DNA of 64,000 bases from Owenia fusiformis. Lineage: Eukaryota. Numbering within the stretch: the first letter of the stretch is position 1; each line of letters starts with the position of its first letter. The notes beneath the pieces were generated by a model. The model searched no databases, was not told the origin of the DNA, and saw only the letters and a program-made list of their open reading frames with translations. Position numbers and translations under genes: made by a program. Of the stretch, positions 52,401 through 64,000 are shown one piece after another. The stretch spans positions 38,936,001-39,000,000 of the forward strand of contig CAIIXF020000001.1 in assembly GCA_903813345.2 (NCBI GenBank), given 5' to 3'.

Positions 52401-55400
52401 CTACGTGATACTGATACCCCTTTTAATAAGGACAAGCCAAAATATTCTAGTGTTGTAAGTGCTTTGAGGGAGTTGGACAACCTTAAAGATATTAACTCGA
52501 GACCTCATTCAACTCCTAAAAAGTCAAGCATAGACCCTATTGATAAGGAAAACATCCAGGCATACCCAATCATGGGCCAACCCGAACCAGGTAGTCAAAA
52601 TCAACAAGGTTTCATGAAGTTCTCTGCACAAAATCCACCGAAGTTGCTCAAAATGCCTACCCAAAAGAACACAGATTCTCAAGTTATGTTAAAACTTCCG
52701 AAGTTGCCCACGAGAGCAGAGCTACTTGGTTTAACTGATGAAAATAAACAGAAAGAGGCCACCCACATGCCTTTACTACAAATAGACAATGCATATCCCC
52801 AAATACCAGAGGCTCCAAAGCATTACAATTTGGGCAGTTTTCACATCCCCACTAGCAAGGCAAATCATGCTAGGACATATGAAGGTGGGATCACAGATAG
52901 GCCTGATATCTTTATGTTCCACCCAAAATCCTCTGGTCAGGGACCCAATAGTGGATCTAGGCAGCAAATACCCAAATATAGACCACCAAGTACATATGAA
53001 CCTAGCCAATATGGACCTCGTCAACCTGACCCCAAATATGGGCACAACCAACCTACTAAACCCTTTCCCTTGTTACGTCTTCCAAAAGCAATTGACTTTT
53101 TAACTCAAGGAAATGCAGGTGCTCCTTCCATGATACACCCACATTCAGACATTTCACACGAGCAGCAGGAGAAACCCACTGATAGATACCCATCAGGAGA
53201 CACAACAATTACCAATGAGATGGTAACTAAGGAAGAGCCAGAGGACCTTCCCAGTAAAGAATCAGAATCTATGCCAGATCTTAATGCAACTCGAAACAGC
53301 AGAAAGAGGAAGGAAAGAAGGGATAGGCTGGGTGAGTCTCAGTCAGAGCCAAACTTGGCTTCTAAGAGAGATACGCCTGACAAATTGAAAATGGAGGTAA
53401 GTCAGCAGTCAGGCACTGTAGGTATAGATATTCTGCTCAGATTTTTAAATGGCTAGTAATTTCAATTGTCTGCCTGATGATAAAGGTATTACACCCCAGT
53501 ATTTTTTTTCTCAGGTGGGTGCAAAATTCTCATTTTCATAATTTAGACCAAAATTGATCAAAATATGCCAATTTTTCAGATTTTTCTCATTTTCAAGTGG
53601 GTGCAAATAGATTTTTAGGTGGGTGCAAGCCTATTTTCAAAATCTCAGGTGGGTGCTGCACCCACTTGCTTTAATGCTGGGGAGATCACTGAATTATATA
53701 ATTTATTATAGAACATTAGGAAAATAAAATTATTTATTATATCATCGAAATGTTTCTTGCTCTCTCATTGGATAAGAACCGATCACATGATTGATAAAAA
53801 TATGAAGGTGTAGTTTCCTTGTTTCCTGCAGCCTCGTTTTCAACTGTATGTACTGTATGTATGTTCAGAATATTAGCAGACGATAAAAGGTTTTTTGTTA
53901 TGATGTCACAACAATATTGTAGAAAATACTTGGATACTCATGGCAACAGAGCTCCATTGTTATGATGTCACAGCTTATATTTTTAGAATGAGCATCGGTA
54001 TTCAAAGCAATGGTTGGTCCGTTGCCATGTTGTTGATGTTTATAAACCAGTGATGTCACAAGTCATCTTGCATGCACATGTGACTTTTGAGGATGGAAGA
54101 TGGCATCTTGCATGGGATTGAGAAAGGCTGTATCTTGGTTATTCATATGAGACATATGTATTGGATCTATTTATTAGATTGTTTATTAAAAAGATACACC
54201 TAATATGAAGAACATTAAAATTATATAATAAATCAAAATTTCCATTCTATTTTTGGGAAATATACACAGCATATATACAGGGTGTCCAATAAATAAGGTA
54301 AAAGATATTATAACTTTCTTAATATTGCACCAATCTTGATGAAATCTTCAGAGTTTGTAGCTCAAACCTTTTTACCTTTATTCTGTAAATTTAAAGCGTC
54401 TTCCATTTGATTGGCCAGAGTTGTGGTTGCTACAGCAACCGAAACAACAAAAAGGCGGGGCAAGTTTGTTTACGTCACAATTTTCCAAAACATATTTATT
54501 CTTTCTGATAGCTTTATTCATACTCCCAGGTCTATTACTACCACAAATACGATATAAAAAACAGTCCTAAAGTCCCATTGTAATGAAAATAAGCTATTCA
54601 GCATAATGTCCATCTCTAGCTACACACTTCTTATGCCTATTCACCCACTCTCTAAACACACTTTCAAACCCATTCTTGCCCATTTCCTGAAGTCTTGCTA
54701 AGACATGTGACCTGAGTTCATCAGTGCTCCCAAATTTATTTCCTCTCAAGTCACGCTTGAGTTCTGCATATAAGTAAAAGTCACTGGGTGCAAAGTCTGG
54801 GGAATATGGAGGGTGTGCAAGTAGGGGTAGCCCCAGTGACCTAATAGTTTCACTAGTGAGCATAGCTGTGTGTGAGGGGGCATTGTCCCAGTGCAGCAGA
54901 AACTTCTCTCCTGGACGTTTTTTTAACGGAATGCGTTTGAAAGTGTGTTTAGAGAGTGGGTGAATAGGCATAAGAAGTGTATAGCTAGAGATGGACTTTA
55001 TGTTGAATAGCTTATTTTCATAACAATGGGACTTAAGGACTGTTTTTATATTGTATTTGTGGTAGTAATAGACCTGGTAGTATGAATAAAGCTATCGGAA
55101 AGAATAAATACGGCTCGTATGTTTTGGAAAGTTGTGACGTAAACAAACTTGCCCCGCCTTTTTGTTATTTCGGTTGCTGTAGCAACCACAACTCTGGCCA
55201 ATCAAATGGGAGACGCTTTAAATTTACAGAATAAAGGTAAAAAGGTTTGAGCTACAAACTCTGAAAATTTCATCAAGATTGGTGCAATATTAAGAAAGTT
55301 ACAATATCTTTTACCTTATTTATTGGACACCCTGTATATGCAGGAAATATACTAAGGGAAGGATGAACATGTATTAACCTCAATAGAATGGAATATTTGG

Positions 55401-58400
55401 TATATATAAATTATATGCAATTCTTTAGCATACTCACCCAATATATTTTCTTTTATTTATTTTAGTCGAGAGGAACAACAACTTTTTTGGAATCAAATAA
55501 ACCAACATTCCAGGACTCCACACAACAAACAGACCCCAAAGTTATAATAGAAGATGACCCTAATATGGCTCACCTTGAGGTAGATGATGTAAAGACTAGT
55601 GATGGCTATGCTATCACACCTGGTACATTTGATGAGTACTTTGAACACCAAGATGAACTGGGAGAGGTTTATGACAATAATGCTAAGATACAACTAGCAG
55701 CAGCCACTGGAATAAGACCTAAAACTAGAAAGGTCAGTTAATATTATATAGAACTGAAAATATAAAGTCCTTGTAGCCTCTCTGTCCTGCAAACCTCCTG
55801 TCAAATCTGGAGGTGGAAGTAGGTAGGAAAGAGGAGCTCAGAGACTTGATTTAAAACGATGGAAAATGGTGACAAGACAAAAAGTTACTTGAATCTATAC
55901 CTAAATGCAAACTTCTCATATTAAGAATTTCATATAATTTGTATTCCATTTAATTAATTTTCCACAGTTTATCATGTTCTTTAATCAGTTACTTTCAAAA
56001 CAGTTTTACAATTTGAAGTTTGATTGCAATTTCTACTTCCAGACTGTATCATTTGCGGTAGGCGTACAGACAAGCGAACCCCCAACAGATCAAGAGTACA
56101 AGTTCAGCACTAAAGGTATGCTTTATATGGAATGATTCTGGCTTGCCAGGCCCCTCATATCTCCCACTTTCATTTGGATATGGTTAAACAGACCCCCTCC
56201 TATCTAGCACTCATGTGTTAACTTTGAGTTAAGACAAGGTGGGTGTGGGGATTATTGCAATGTTATAGAATGATTTTTTGTATGTTGCTCATCTTGCTCC
56301 CTGTAATTTGTTAAAATATAGTCATTTAAGAAGTAATTTAACATATATGTTAAATGTGACTCAGTTTGTGTTTAATACCATGATGGATTACAATTATAGC
56401 ATGCAGCATTGAGCAAATGGAGGTGAAAAGGATTAATTGAAAACTTTTGAAAAATAATTTGAATTTGTTACATGTAAAATTGAACAAGTCTGAGTTTAAG
56501 CATTTAACATATATTAATTTAATTTTTTACAGTATAAAGAAACTACTTGTACATTATTACATCATGTCCAATATAAGTCCAATATTGCATTAAATGTGTT
56601 GCAGCGACCCCTATTGAAGAGTGTGTGAATGATTATATGAAAGCTAGGGCAGCACAAGGCAACCTTCTAGCTCCAAATATATTCTTTGGCCTGAGATTTG
56701 GTGACCATGACAACGCACCTCAGAGTGATGTCATACCAGGAACAAATGTAAATATGATGTTTATATTTATCACTCTCATATTAAATAAGATTTTAAAAAT
56801 AGAGTAAGCCCTTTTTAAAATTACAATCAATATGATCTCTGAATAATGATATTATAATACACAGGGGTAATATTGTCGAATACACCCCGCAGGGCTAGGC
56901 AAAAACATTTTTGACAGCTTTTGTGCCTGGCCCTAGGGGGTGTATTTGACGATATTACACCTGATCTAAGGTCTATATTACGCTTTAAACATGAAAACTC
57001 ACCAAAATGTTTCGAATATTCATTATGGTCCGCCATTACTACGACCCACCGTTATGACGTCACACATTACAAGTATTACCAGGGGTATTCTTCGCGAATA
57101 TATCCCGGGTGAAATGTTGACTTAGTTTACAGTTTATAGAAGGCGCGAATACAGTCATGTTCGAATACTTTATCAAATGTAGTCCAAATGTTATTGTGAC
57201 ATAATTTAAGACTAAATCTGGCTAACAACCAAACTAGCAGATGCTTGCAATATTGTGAATCACAAAATAGTAAATAATATTTTGATAAAATACAAAAATG
57301 TAATTGATTTATTATTAATGTGTGTCTAGTATATTAGTGATTTGACAATTAACAAGATAATAAAATATGGCATTTTAATCCCCTTTCAGTCATAATCAAT
57401 AATTTGATTGATTGGAACAAAATCTGCTCGATAACCATTTATTATTAATTTAAGAATCATGCTCTGATTAATTTAGGGCAAGTCTGAAGGAAGATCATAC
57501 ATAAGTGTGGTGGATATTGACTCAACTGCAGTTGATGATCTTGTATCTAGTATACCCCCATCTAAATCTGAGCCCAACGGCACAGGTCTACCACACAGAA
57601 CTGTATCACCAAATCAACTTCAACAGCCCATACGTCAACAGAGTAGACTACCACCTAAGCCAGAAGGACTTGAGGAAGGACAAGGTGAGTTGCAGGCTCC
57701 TTTAGATTCCTTGCAGACCGAATCACTTTTGAGAGTAAATTAAACCTAAAAATAATCAAGGACCATGGTGCAGTATTTTATGAAAAAAAATACATTCATA
57801 TTTTAGATATGATAGATACATAAATCTCAGATTTCTCATAGATTTCAGGTCTCTTGTAATACAGGGAGTTTCAACATTATTTTATTTAAATAATTTGTCA
57901 GGAAAGCATCAAAATATAAGAGGCCACACTTTTTTGTTAGCAAAACTATAGGGAATATGAAATGTACAAATGTTTGGAAGTTCACTGATGCATATGAATT
58001 TTTTGATGAGTGTTTGCTAATGGAGTCAGAAGCTGATGGAGCATGTTGTAGTATAATAAAGCTAATACCTAGGATTTAGATAATGTCTTGATACAATTTT
58101 GCATTTATTTTATTTCTATGGTTTAAAGTCTGCATTGTCCTTTTAATTAGAATCTTGTCATGAATTGTGTTTATAGATGGCAATCCACAGAAAGAACCAG
58201 AGAAAAAACGAGGATCCGATCCATTGACAGTGAACTTATTTACAGATAACCAAGCTGGGGAGGATCAGTAAGTCGCTTCTTCTGTACCACTGAATTCTCA
58301 TTTGTTTAAAAAGATCTACATGAAAACCTCTCCAATGAAACACCATCCGTAGAGTCGTTGTCTCAAGGAGGATTGGCTCCTAGGGACGCAACTCGATAAT

Positions 58401-61400
58401 GGGTATCACGTAGTCATGCTATGAATACAAAATTCAAAAAAGAGGCCATTCTCCATTAAAGACAAGAACACAAATGTGTACAAAATGTCCCCACCTATGG
58501 GTGATCCCATCAAATGGTTATCCTAAAAATGAGTAGACAAGACTTTAACGACACAATTTGAGGACGGAAAATCCAATATGGCCACCTTAAAATTTACCCA
58601 GAATGCCCAAAAATTAGTCAGTTCTAGATTTTCATACTAAGAAGCACCCCTGAAAATTTGAAATTGATCCGTCACACAGTTAACCAGAAAACATGTAAAC
58701 AAGACTTTACAGACAAGATTTGAGGACCGAAAATCCAAAATGGCTGCCTTGACATTTATCCAGAATGCCAAAAAACTAATTTGTTCTAGATTTTCATACT
58801 AAGAATCATCCCTGAAAATTTGAAATTGATCTACCAATCGGTTCACCTGGAAATGCGTAGACAAAACTTTACAAACAAGATTTTAGGACAGAAAATCCAA
58901 AATGGCTGCCTTGACATTTACCCAGAATGCCAAAAAACTAATCAGATCTAGATTTTCATACTAAGAATCATCCCTGAAAATTTGAAATTGATCTACCTAA
59001 CGGTTCACCTAAAAACGCGTAGACAAGACTTTACGGGCAAGATTTTAAGACGGAAAATCCAAACTGACTGCCTTGACATTTATCCTGAATGCATAAAAAC
59101 TAATGAGATCTAGATTTTCATACTAAGAATCATCCCTGAAAATTTGAAATTGATCTACCAAACAGTTCACCTGGAAATGTGTAGACAATACTTTACAGAC
59201 GAGATTTTAGGACAGAAAATCCAAAATGGCTGCCTTGACATTTACCCAAAATGCCCAAAAACTAATCAGATCTAGATTTTCATACTAAGAATCATCCCTG
59301 AAAACTTGAAATTGATCTACCAAACGGTTCACCTAAAAACGCGTAGACAAGACTTTACGGGCAAGATTTTAAGACGGAAAATCCAAAATGGCTGCCTTGA
59401 CATTTGTCCAGAATGCATAAAAACTAATGAGATCTAGATTTTCATACTGAGAATCATCCCTGAAAATTTCAAATTGATCCACCAAACGGTTCACCTGAAA
59501 ATGCGTAGACAAGACTTTACAGACAAGGTTTGAGGACGGAAAATCCAAAATGGCTGCCTTGACATTTACCCAGAATGCCCAAAAACTAATCAGATCTAGA
59601 TTTTCATACTGAGAATCATCCCTGAAAATTTGAAATTGATCTACCAAACGGTTCACCTGAAAATGCATAGACAAGACTTTACTGACAAGATTTTAGGACG
59701 GAAAATCCAAAATGGCTGCCTTGACATTTACCCAGAATGGCCAAAAACTAATCAGATCTAGATTTTCATACTAAGAATCATCCCTGAAAATTTTAAATTG
59801 ATCCACCAAACGGTTCACCTGAAAATGTGTAGACAAGACTTTACACACGAGATTTTAGGACCGAAAAATCCAAAATGGCCGACAATAAAAAAGTGATTAT
59901 GAGTTTCTGCTAATTTCTTTCAACAAAATTATCACATATAACTACTGTTAACAATAACATAGGCTTTTACAACAAAGTACACCTGAAATTATTTATAAAG
60001 CTAATAAATAGCTAAAGTATGAAAACTCAAAAACACCATTCAATATGATACAAAGTATTATCGTGCGCTAACTTTTCTTAAAACATTCAAAATGGCTGAC
60101 ATGACTGAGCTAACAGGTCCAAAACCTAATCAGATCTAGAATGAAGTGAGCTGAACAAGATGTTAAAGTTTTAAAAGCAACTGTGAAGCCGTTTTTCTTA
60201 AAGTTTGCAGACAAGGAATTTAGCATTTGACTTCAAAATGGCCGACAGGAAGTTGGTATCGAGTTAATTTTTTTTCATCCACATCTGTATGCACTCATAA
60301 GTTATCCCTGAAAATTTGAAGGTGATATCTGTAGCGGTTTTGGAGAAAACTGCCGGACGTACGGACAGACGGACAGACAGACAGATGGACAGACGGACGC
60401 GCCTAGGCCGACAATATGGCCCCACACTATGTGGTGGGGACATAATAAAAGAATATTGAGATGGAATCCTGGCTTCCAATCCTCCTTGCATTGCCTTGAA
60501 TGAATAATTTTTACCAGTTCAGAGGATGTTTCATATTCACAGATTTTACTGTTCTATTTGGACTAAAACAGTAAAGCAACATGTATGTTTTATGTATGTA
60601 GGTTTGTCCTACCCTCTGTTGAGACATATGGGCAGAGTAGACGTCAGAGATCCAAGGCTGCCATGCAAGCTCAACTGGAACAGATGGGAGACCAACTGCA
60701 AGCAATTGATCAGATGTCGCATACAATGGAAGGGGAGCTTCAGAATTCAAGAGCTGTGAGTTCTGCATCAACTGCAGTAATTTGTGTAACAATATGCTAT
60801 GTGCAGTGTCACCTGTAAAATATTCAAAAATTGTAGAATATGTAGTCATGAAACAAAATTGTTTTTCTCTATGATATACTCGTTAAAATAAATATGATAA
60901 TCTGTATTTATTTTGTGCATTATAAGATGTTTCATGCCGATTCACGATAGCTATTGTATTGCAATGAATGTGGAGAAAGAAGAAATACTGGCCAATACAA
61001 GTCATGTGACTCCAAAAATAAATGTAACGTGAGAAAAGACTTTTAAGGAATTCTCTGCTTTTTATCGTACCTAACAAGAGGTACGATATTGTAGTCAGCT
61101 TGACGGGCGGCGGGCAGGCGGCGTCTCACTTTTCGGCTTGTCTACAGGTTTCCAGCCAAATCATTTGAGGGATTCATCTGAAATTTTCAGGGATGTTTCT
61201 ACATATCAACGTCAAGAACTGATTAGTTTTTGGGCATTCTGGGTAAATCTTAAGGTGGCCATTTTGGATTTTCCGTCCTAAAATCTTCACTTTCAAGACT
61301 TGTCTACAGGTTTCCAGCCAAACCATTTGAGGGATTCATCTGAAATTTTCAGGGATGTTTCTACATATCAACTTCAAGAACTGATTAGTTTTTGGGCATT

Positions 61401-63181
61401 CTGGGTAAATTTTAAGGTGGCCATTTTGGATTTTCCGTCCTAAAATCTTCACTTTCAAGACTTGTCTACAGGTTTTCAGCCAAACCATTTGAGGGATTCA
61501 TCTGAAATTTTCAGGGATGTTTCTACATATCAACGTCAAGAACTGATTAGTTTTTTGGGCATTCTGGGTAAATTTTAAGGTGGCCATTTTGGATTTTCCG
61601 TCCTAAAATCTTTACTTTCAAGACTTGTCTACAGGTTTCCAGCCAAATCATTTCAGGGATTCATCTGAAATTTTCAGGGATTTTTTTATTACGTATCAAA
61701 GTTAAGAACTGATTAGTTTTTGGGCATTCTGGGTAAATCTTAAGGTGGCCATTTTGGATTTTCCATCCTAAAATCTTCACTTTCAAGACTTGTGTACAGG
61801 TTTCCAGCCAAACCATTTGAGGGATTCATCTGAAATTTTCAGGGATGTTTCTACATATCAACGTCAAGAACTGATTAGTTTTTGGGCATTCTGGGTAAAT
61901 TTTAAGGTGGCCATTTTGGATTTTCCGTCCTAAAATCTTCACTTACAAGACTTGTCTACAGGTTTTCAGCCAAACCATTTGAGGGATTCATCTGAAATTT
62001 TCAGGGATGTTTCTACATATCAACGTCAAGAACTGATTAGTTTTGGGCATTCTGGTTAAATTTTAAGGTGGCCATTTTGGATTTTCTGTCCTAAAATCTT
62101 CACTTTCAAGACTTGTCTACAGATTTTCAGCCAAACCATTTGAGGGATTCATCTGAAATTTTCAGGGATGTTTCTGCATATCAACGTCAAGAACTGATTG
62201 GTTTTTGGGCATTCTGGGTAAATTTTAAGATGGCCATTTTGGATTTTCCGTCCTAAAATCTTCACTTTCAAGACTTGTCTACAGGTTTCCAGCCAAACCG
62301 TTCAAATTTTTACATATGTTACACAATGATAAGTTCTAGAGCTGATTAACTTTTCTGCGGCCATCTTGCTTTCTTGGTCAACAAGACCACAATGCTGTGT
62401 TTTAGGTACGATATTGTTCACGTCTGTGCCTTGTTTTATATATGTGATTTATTTCATAGTAAAATAGAATTATTACATACACATGTTGCGGCTTTGCAAT
62501 GGAGCATTATAAGCCACAATAGAATAATAACAAGATTTAAAAAAAGAAAGTATGACAATGAATTTGCAATTGAATTCTTTTTGTACTCCTCATTATTGCA
62601 ACAATAGTACAGTGAAACCTATAAAGTGGAACACCTGTAGAAGTGGAACACCTCTGTTAGTAGAACACTTTTCAGAGTACAAAGACCAACTCACTTACTG
62701 TTAAATGAACCTCTATAACTTGAACACCTCCCCAAGTGGAACACTTTTTAGAGCTACCAAAGGTGTTCCACTTAAACAGGTTTTATTGTAGTTTAATATT
62801 ATACTCTTGCTTTCTGATATACAATATGTGAAATTTAACATTGCTGCCCAAATGCAAAAATGCAAAAAAATGTTTAGTTCAACAAAGTACATGTATATGC
62901 AATATTAGTTCTGACAGGGGATGTAGAAGTAGATCATTTGACTTTGATATTGCCTTTATTCATTATCTATATTGCCTTTATTCATTATCTATATTGCCTT
63001 TATTCATTATCTGTGAACCAATCATTCACTGCTTGTGATATTCTCCTTTATTTAGTTACTTCATACAATTGAGGCTGGGGCAACAATAGAAGCCCAAGAA
63101 CCAGATATATACAAAGATATGGGAAACTTGAGACCTTCACAAGTGAAGCAATACAATACAGGAACTAGGAAGCATGATCAG
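37464..63181 (+). CDS. CPLANE1: Ciliogenesis and planar polarity effector 1 (C5orf42/JBTS17) homolog, 28 coding exons in window, 3' end beyond window
   Basis: N-terminus MKVDLQVLAASSIKRKKPWPRFAWLGQ..SGKTKRTIP..GDLFLWHKD resembles vertebrate CPLANE1, as do HPRLPIILCSDGY, FYLPAPPLYCPQP and QLQAIDQMSHTMEGE. Phase-consistent GT-AG exons: 37464-37544, 38037-38172, 38524-38634, 38996-39198, 39305-39414, 39908-40156, 41272-41454, 41840-43063, 43660-43841, 43970-44044, 44243-44421, 44764-44932, 45166-45385, 45668-45846, 46132-46358, 47003-47158, 47624-47851, 48408-50191, 50848-50955, 51531-51876, 52083-53396, 55466-55732, 56043-56115, 56605-56747, 57477-57684, 58177-58267, 60602-60755, 63056-63181 (8526 nt, no internal stop seen). 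Confidence 0.9.
37655..37854. mobile_element. Short MITE
   Basis: Imperfect TIR tacttgtacttattttggcgg / ccaccaaattaagtagaagta, with internal aatttggcgga repeats. Confidence 0.5.
40243..41096 (+). mobile_element. Deleted Tc1/mariner-superfamily element
   Basis: TA-flanked TIR agggtgtctcaaaaaaatgtacccaaaagtatatcaa. Residual transposase C-terminus FLCGYLRECF..DLEQLKGNIQREIQNIPPE at about 40737-40903. Confidence 0.8.
43214..43645. repeat. 24-bp minisatellite, about 18 copies
   Basis: (atgattgaatgtccatgtctcatc)n, with no spacers. Confidence 0.95.
46335..46592. repeat. 40-bp minisatellite, about 6 copies, spanning a CPLANE1 donor
   Basis: (cctacagtcaYtgaactggtaaatataaaattatccaYaa)n. Confidence 0.95.
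46680..46990. repeat. 35-bp minisatellite, about 7 copies
   Basis: (gtaccacatattgaggtgtagtatggaYacagggt)n. Confidence 0.95.
54278..55334 (-). mobile_element. Palindromic non-autonomous mariner (DD34D) with ~400-bp arms
   Basis: TA-flanked TIR cagggtgtccaataaataagg. Arms at 54278-54675 and 54930-55334. Transposase C-terminus HWDNAPSH..HPPYSPDFAPSDF, with 34 residues between the second and third Asp. Confidence 0.92.
56863..56964. repeat. ~40-bp-arm hairpin, probably a transposon remnant
   Basis: ggtaatattgtcgaatacacccc..gggctaggca pairs with tgcctggccc..ggggtgtatttgacgatattac. Confidence 0.6.
58460..60446 (-). mobile_element. HINE carrying 8 or more copies of a 162-bp satellite-like repeat
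   Basis: Subterminal IR atgtccccacc (58485) / ggtggggacat (60433). gaaaatcc recurs every 162 bp from 58567 to 59863. GACA/GGAC microsatellite at 60355-60400. Confidence 0.85.
61059..62436 (+). mobile_element. HINE carrying 7 copies of a related ~162-bp repeat in the opposite orientation
   Basis: Subterminal IR atcgtacctaa (61064) / ttaggtacgat (62402), GGC tract, period 161-165 bp from 61141 to 62278. Confidence 0.85.
62610..62788. mobile_element. pogo/Tigger-like MITE
   Basis: TA-flanked TIR cagtgaaacct..aagtggaacacct / aggtgttccactt..aggttttattg. Confidence 0.7.
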
Positions 63182-63678
63182 GTTGGTGCTTTCTCATTTT
63201 ATTCAGCTATGCAAATGTATAATGTCAATGAATTGTAAGATTTATTGCATGAAATTCTTGTTTGAAGTTTGAAATGAGGAGTTTAGGCTAACATACAAAA
63301 ATTGAGTAGATGATCACCAGTAATTCATTGAATCCAGCACTTAAAATATTTTCACACATAGCAAAACATTAACAAATCAGGAATTAAAATTCAACCAGAA
63401 ATCTTTTTGTTTCACAAGAGTAACACATAGGGCTCAGCCAGGCATCAATTTCCAGGCACTAGCCTAACACTAAGGCATGGATGGATAAGCAGCTAGTTGA
63501 TAAAATTGATTCGTTTTCAAACTACGACATGTTTCCCTTGTAACTGTTTTCATAATGTGCTGTAATGAATGGTAATACTTTGATCTGATTGAAAAAAATG
63601 TATCAGTGCAAACATATGTTTGAATTTCTACAAAATTGGCTAATCACATCTTAATATAGTATACAAACAAATTATATA

Positions 63679-64000
63679 CAGGGTGTCAAATAAGTCCTGT
63701 CCCCCTGCTACAGCTAAAACCTTAATAGACGGTACCTTTTGTGATATACAATTGGAAAGATCATCCAAAGTTATGTTAACTCACCATCTCTCAAGTATTT
63801 TAGATGAAATTTACCTATATTTTCATGATGTCCTTTATAATTAAAGTGCCCTCCTTTAAGCAGGTTTTTGCGTCAAAATGACAAAGATATGACCTCAGAA
63901 ATACATCAAAAAGTTCATATTTTTCGCATTCCACTTATTCCATAAAAAGGTTTTCACCACTTTCTTTGCACCTCTATTTCTGCACTTCTAGCCCTATCCA
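63679..64000. mobile_element. One end of a probable Tc1/mariner element running off the window
   Basis: tata|cagggtgtc terminus like those at 16111, 40243 and 54278. The partner TIR is not in the window. Confidence 0.5.

Noticed and set aside
41730..53456. Long ORFs 41730-43127, 48369-50195 and 52107-53456 as separate genes
   Set aside because: They are large internal exons that join in phase into one CPLANE1 reading frame.
54594..54971. Functional transposase or SETMAR-like domesticated gene
   Set aside because: Lacks the DNA-binding domain and the first catalytic Asp. Its N-terminal residues come from the inverted arm.

Overview
AT-rich spliceosomal-intron animal (invertebrate-type) genomic DNA, not prokaryotic. 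The species cannot be fixed from this window. Genes, left to right: (1) an intronless galactose-3-O-sulfotransferase-like CDS (+); (2) three recently duplicated UDP-glycosyltransferases (-), each a single coding exon preceded by the same splice acceptor; (3) a 4-exon 274-aa gene resembling only the C-terminal domain of IQANK1 (+); (4) 28 phase-consistent coding exons (about 2842 aa) of CPLANE1/C5orf42/JBTS17 (+), which continues past the window end. Intergenic and intronic DNA is full of non-autonomous DNA transposons (Helentron-type HINEs, Tc1/mariner, TTAA Kolobok-like and pogo-like MITEs) and minisatellites. The most notable structure is a ~525-bp bidirectional-promoter-like module in two inverted copies. 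It carries paired ZNF143/Staf-like motifs, an E-box and two outward-facing splice donors. One copy faces CPLANE1; the other faces the UGT array and the IQANK1-like gene. The two distal UGT copies have acceptors but no duplicated copy of this module, which suggests whole-CDS alternative terminal exons behind a shared, borrowed first exon. All alignments and exon calls were made by eye.
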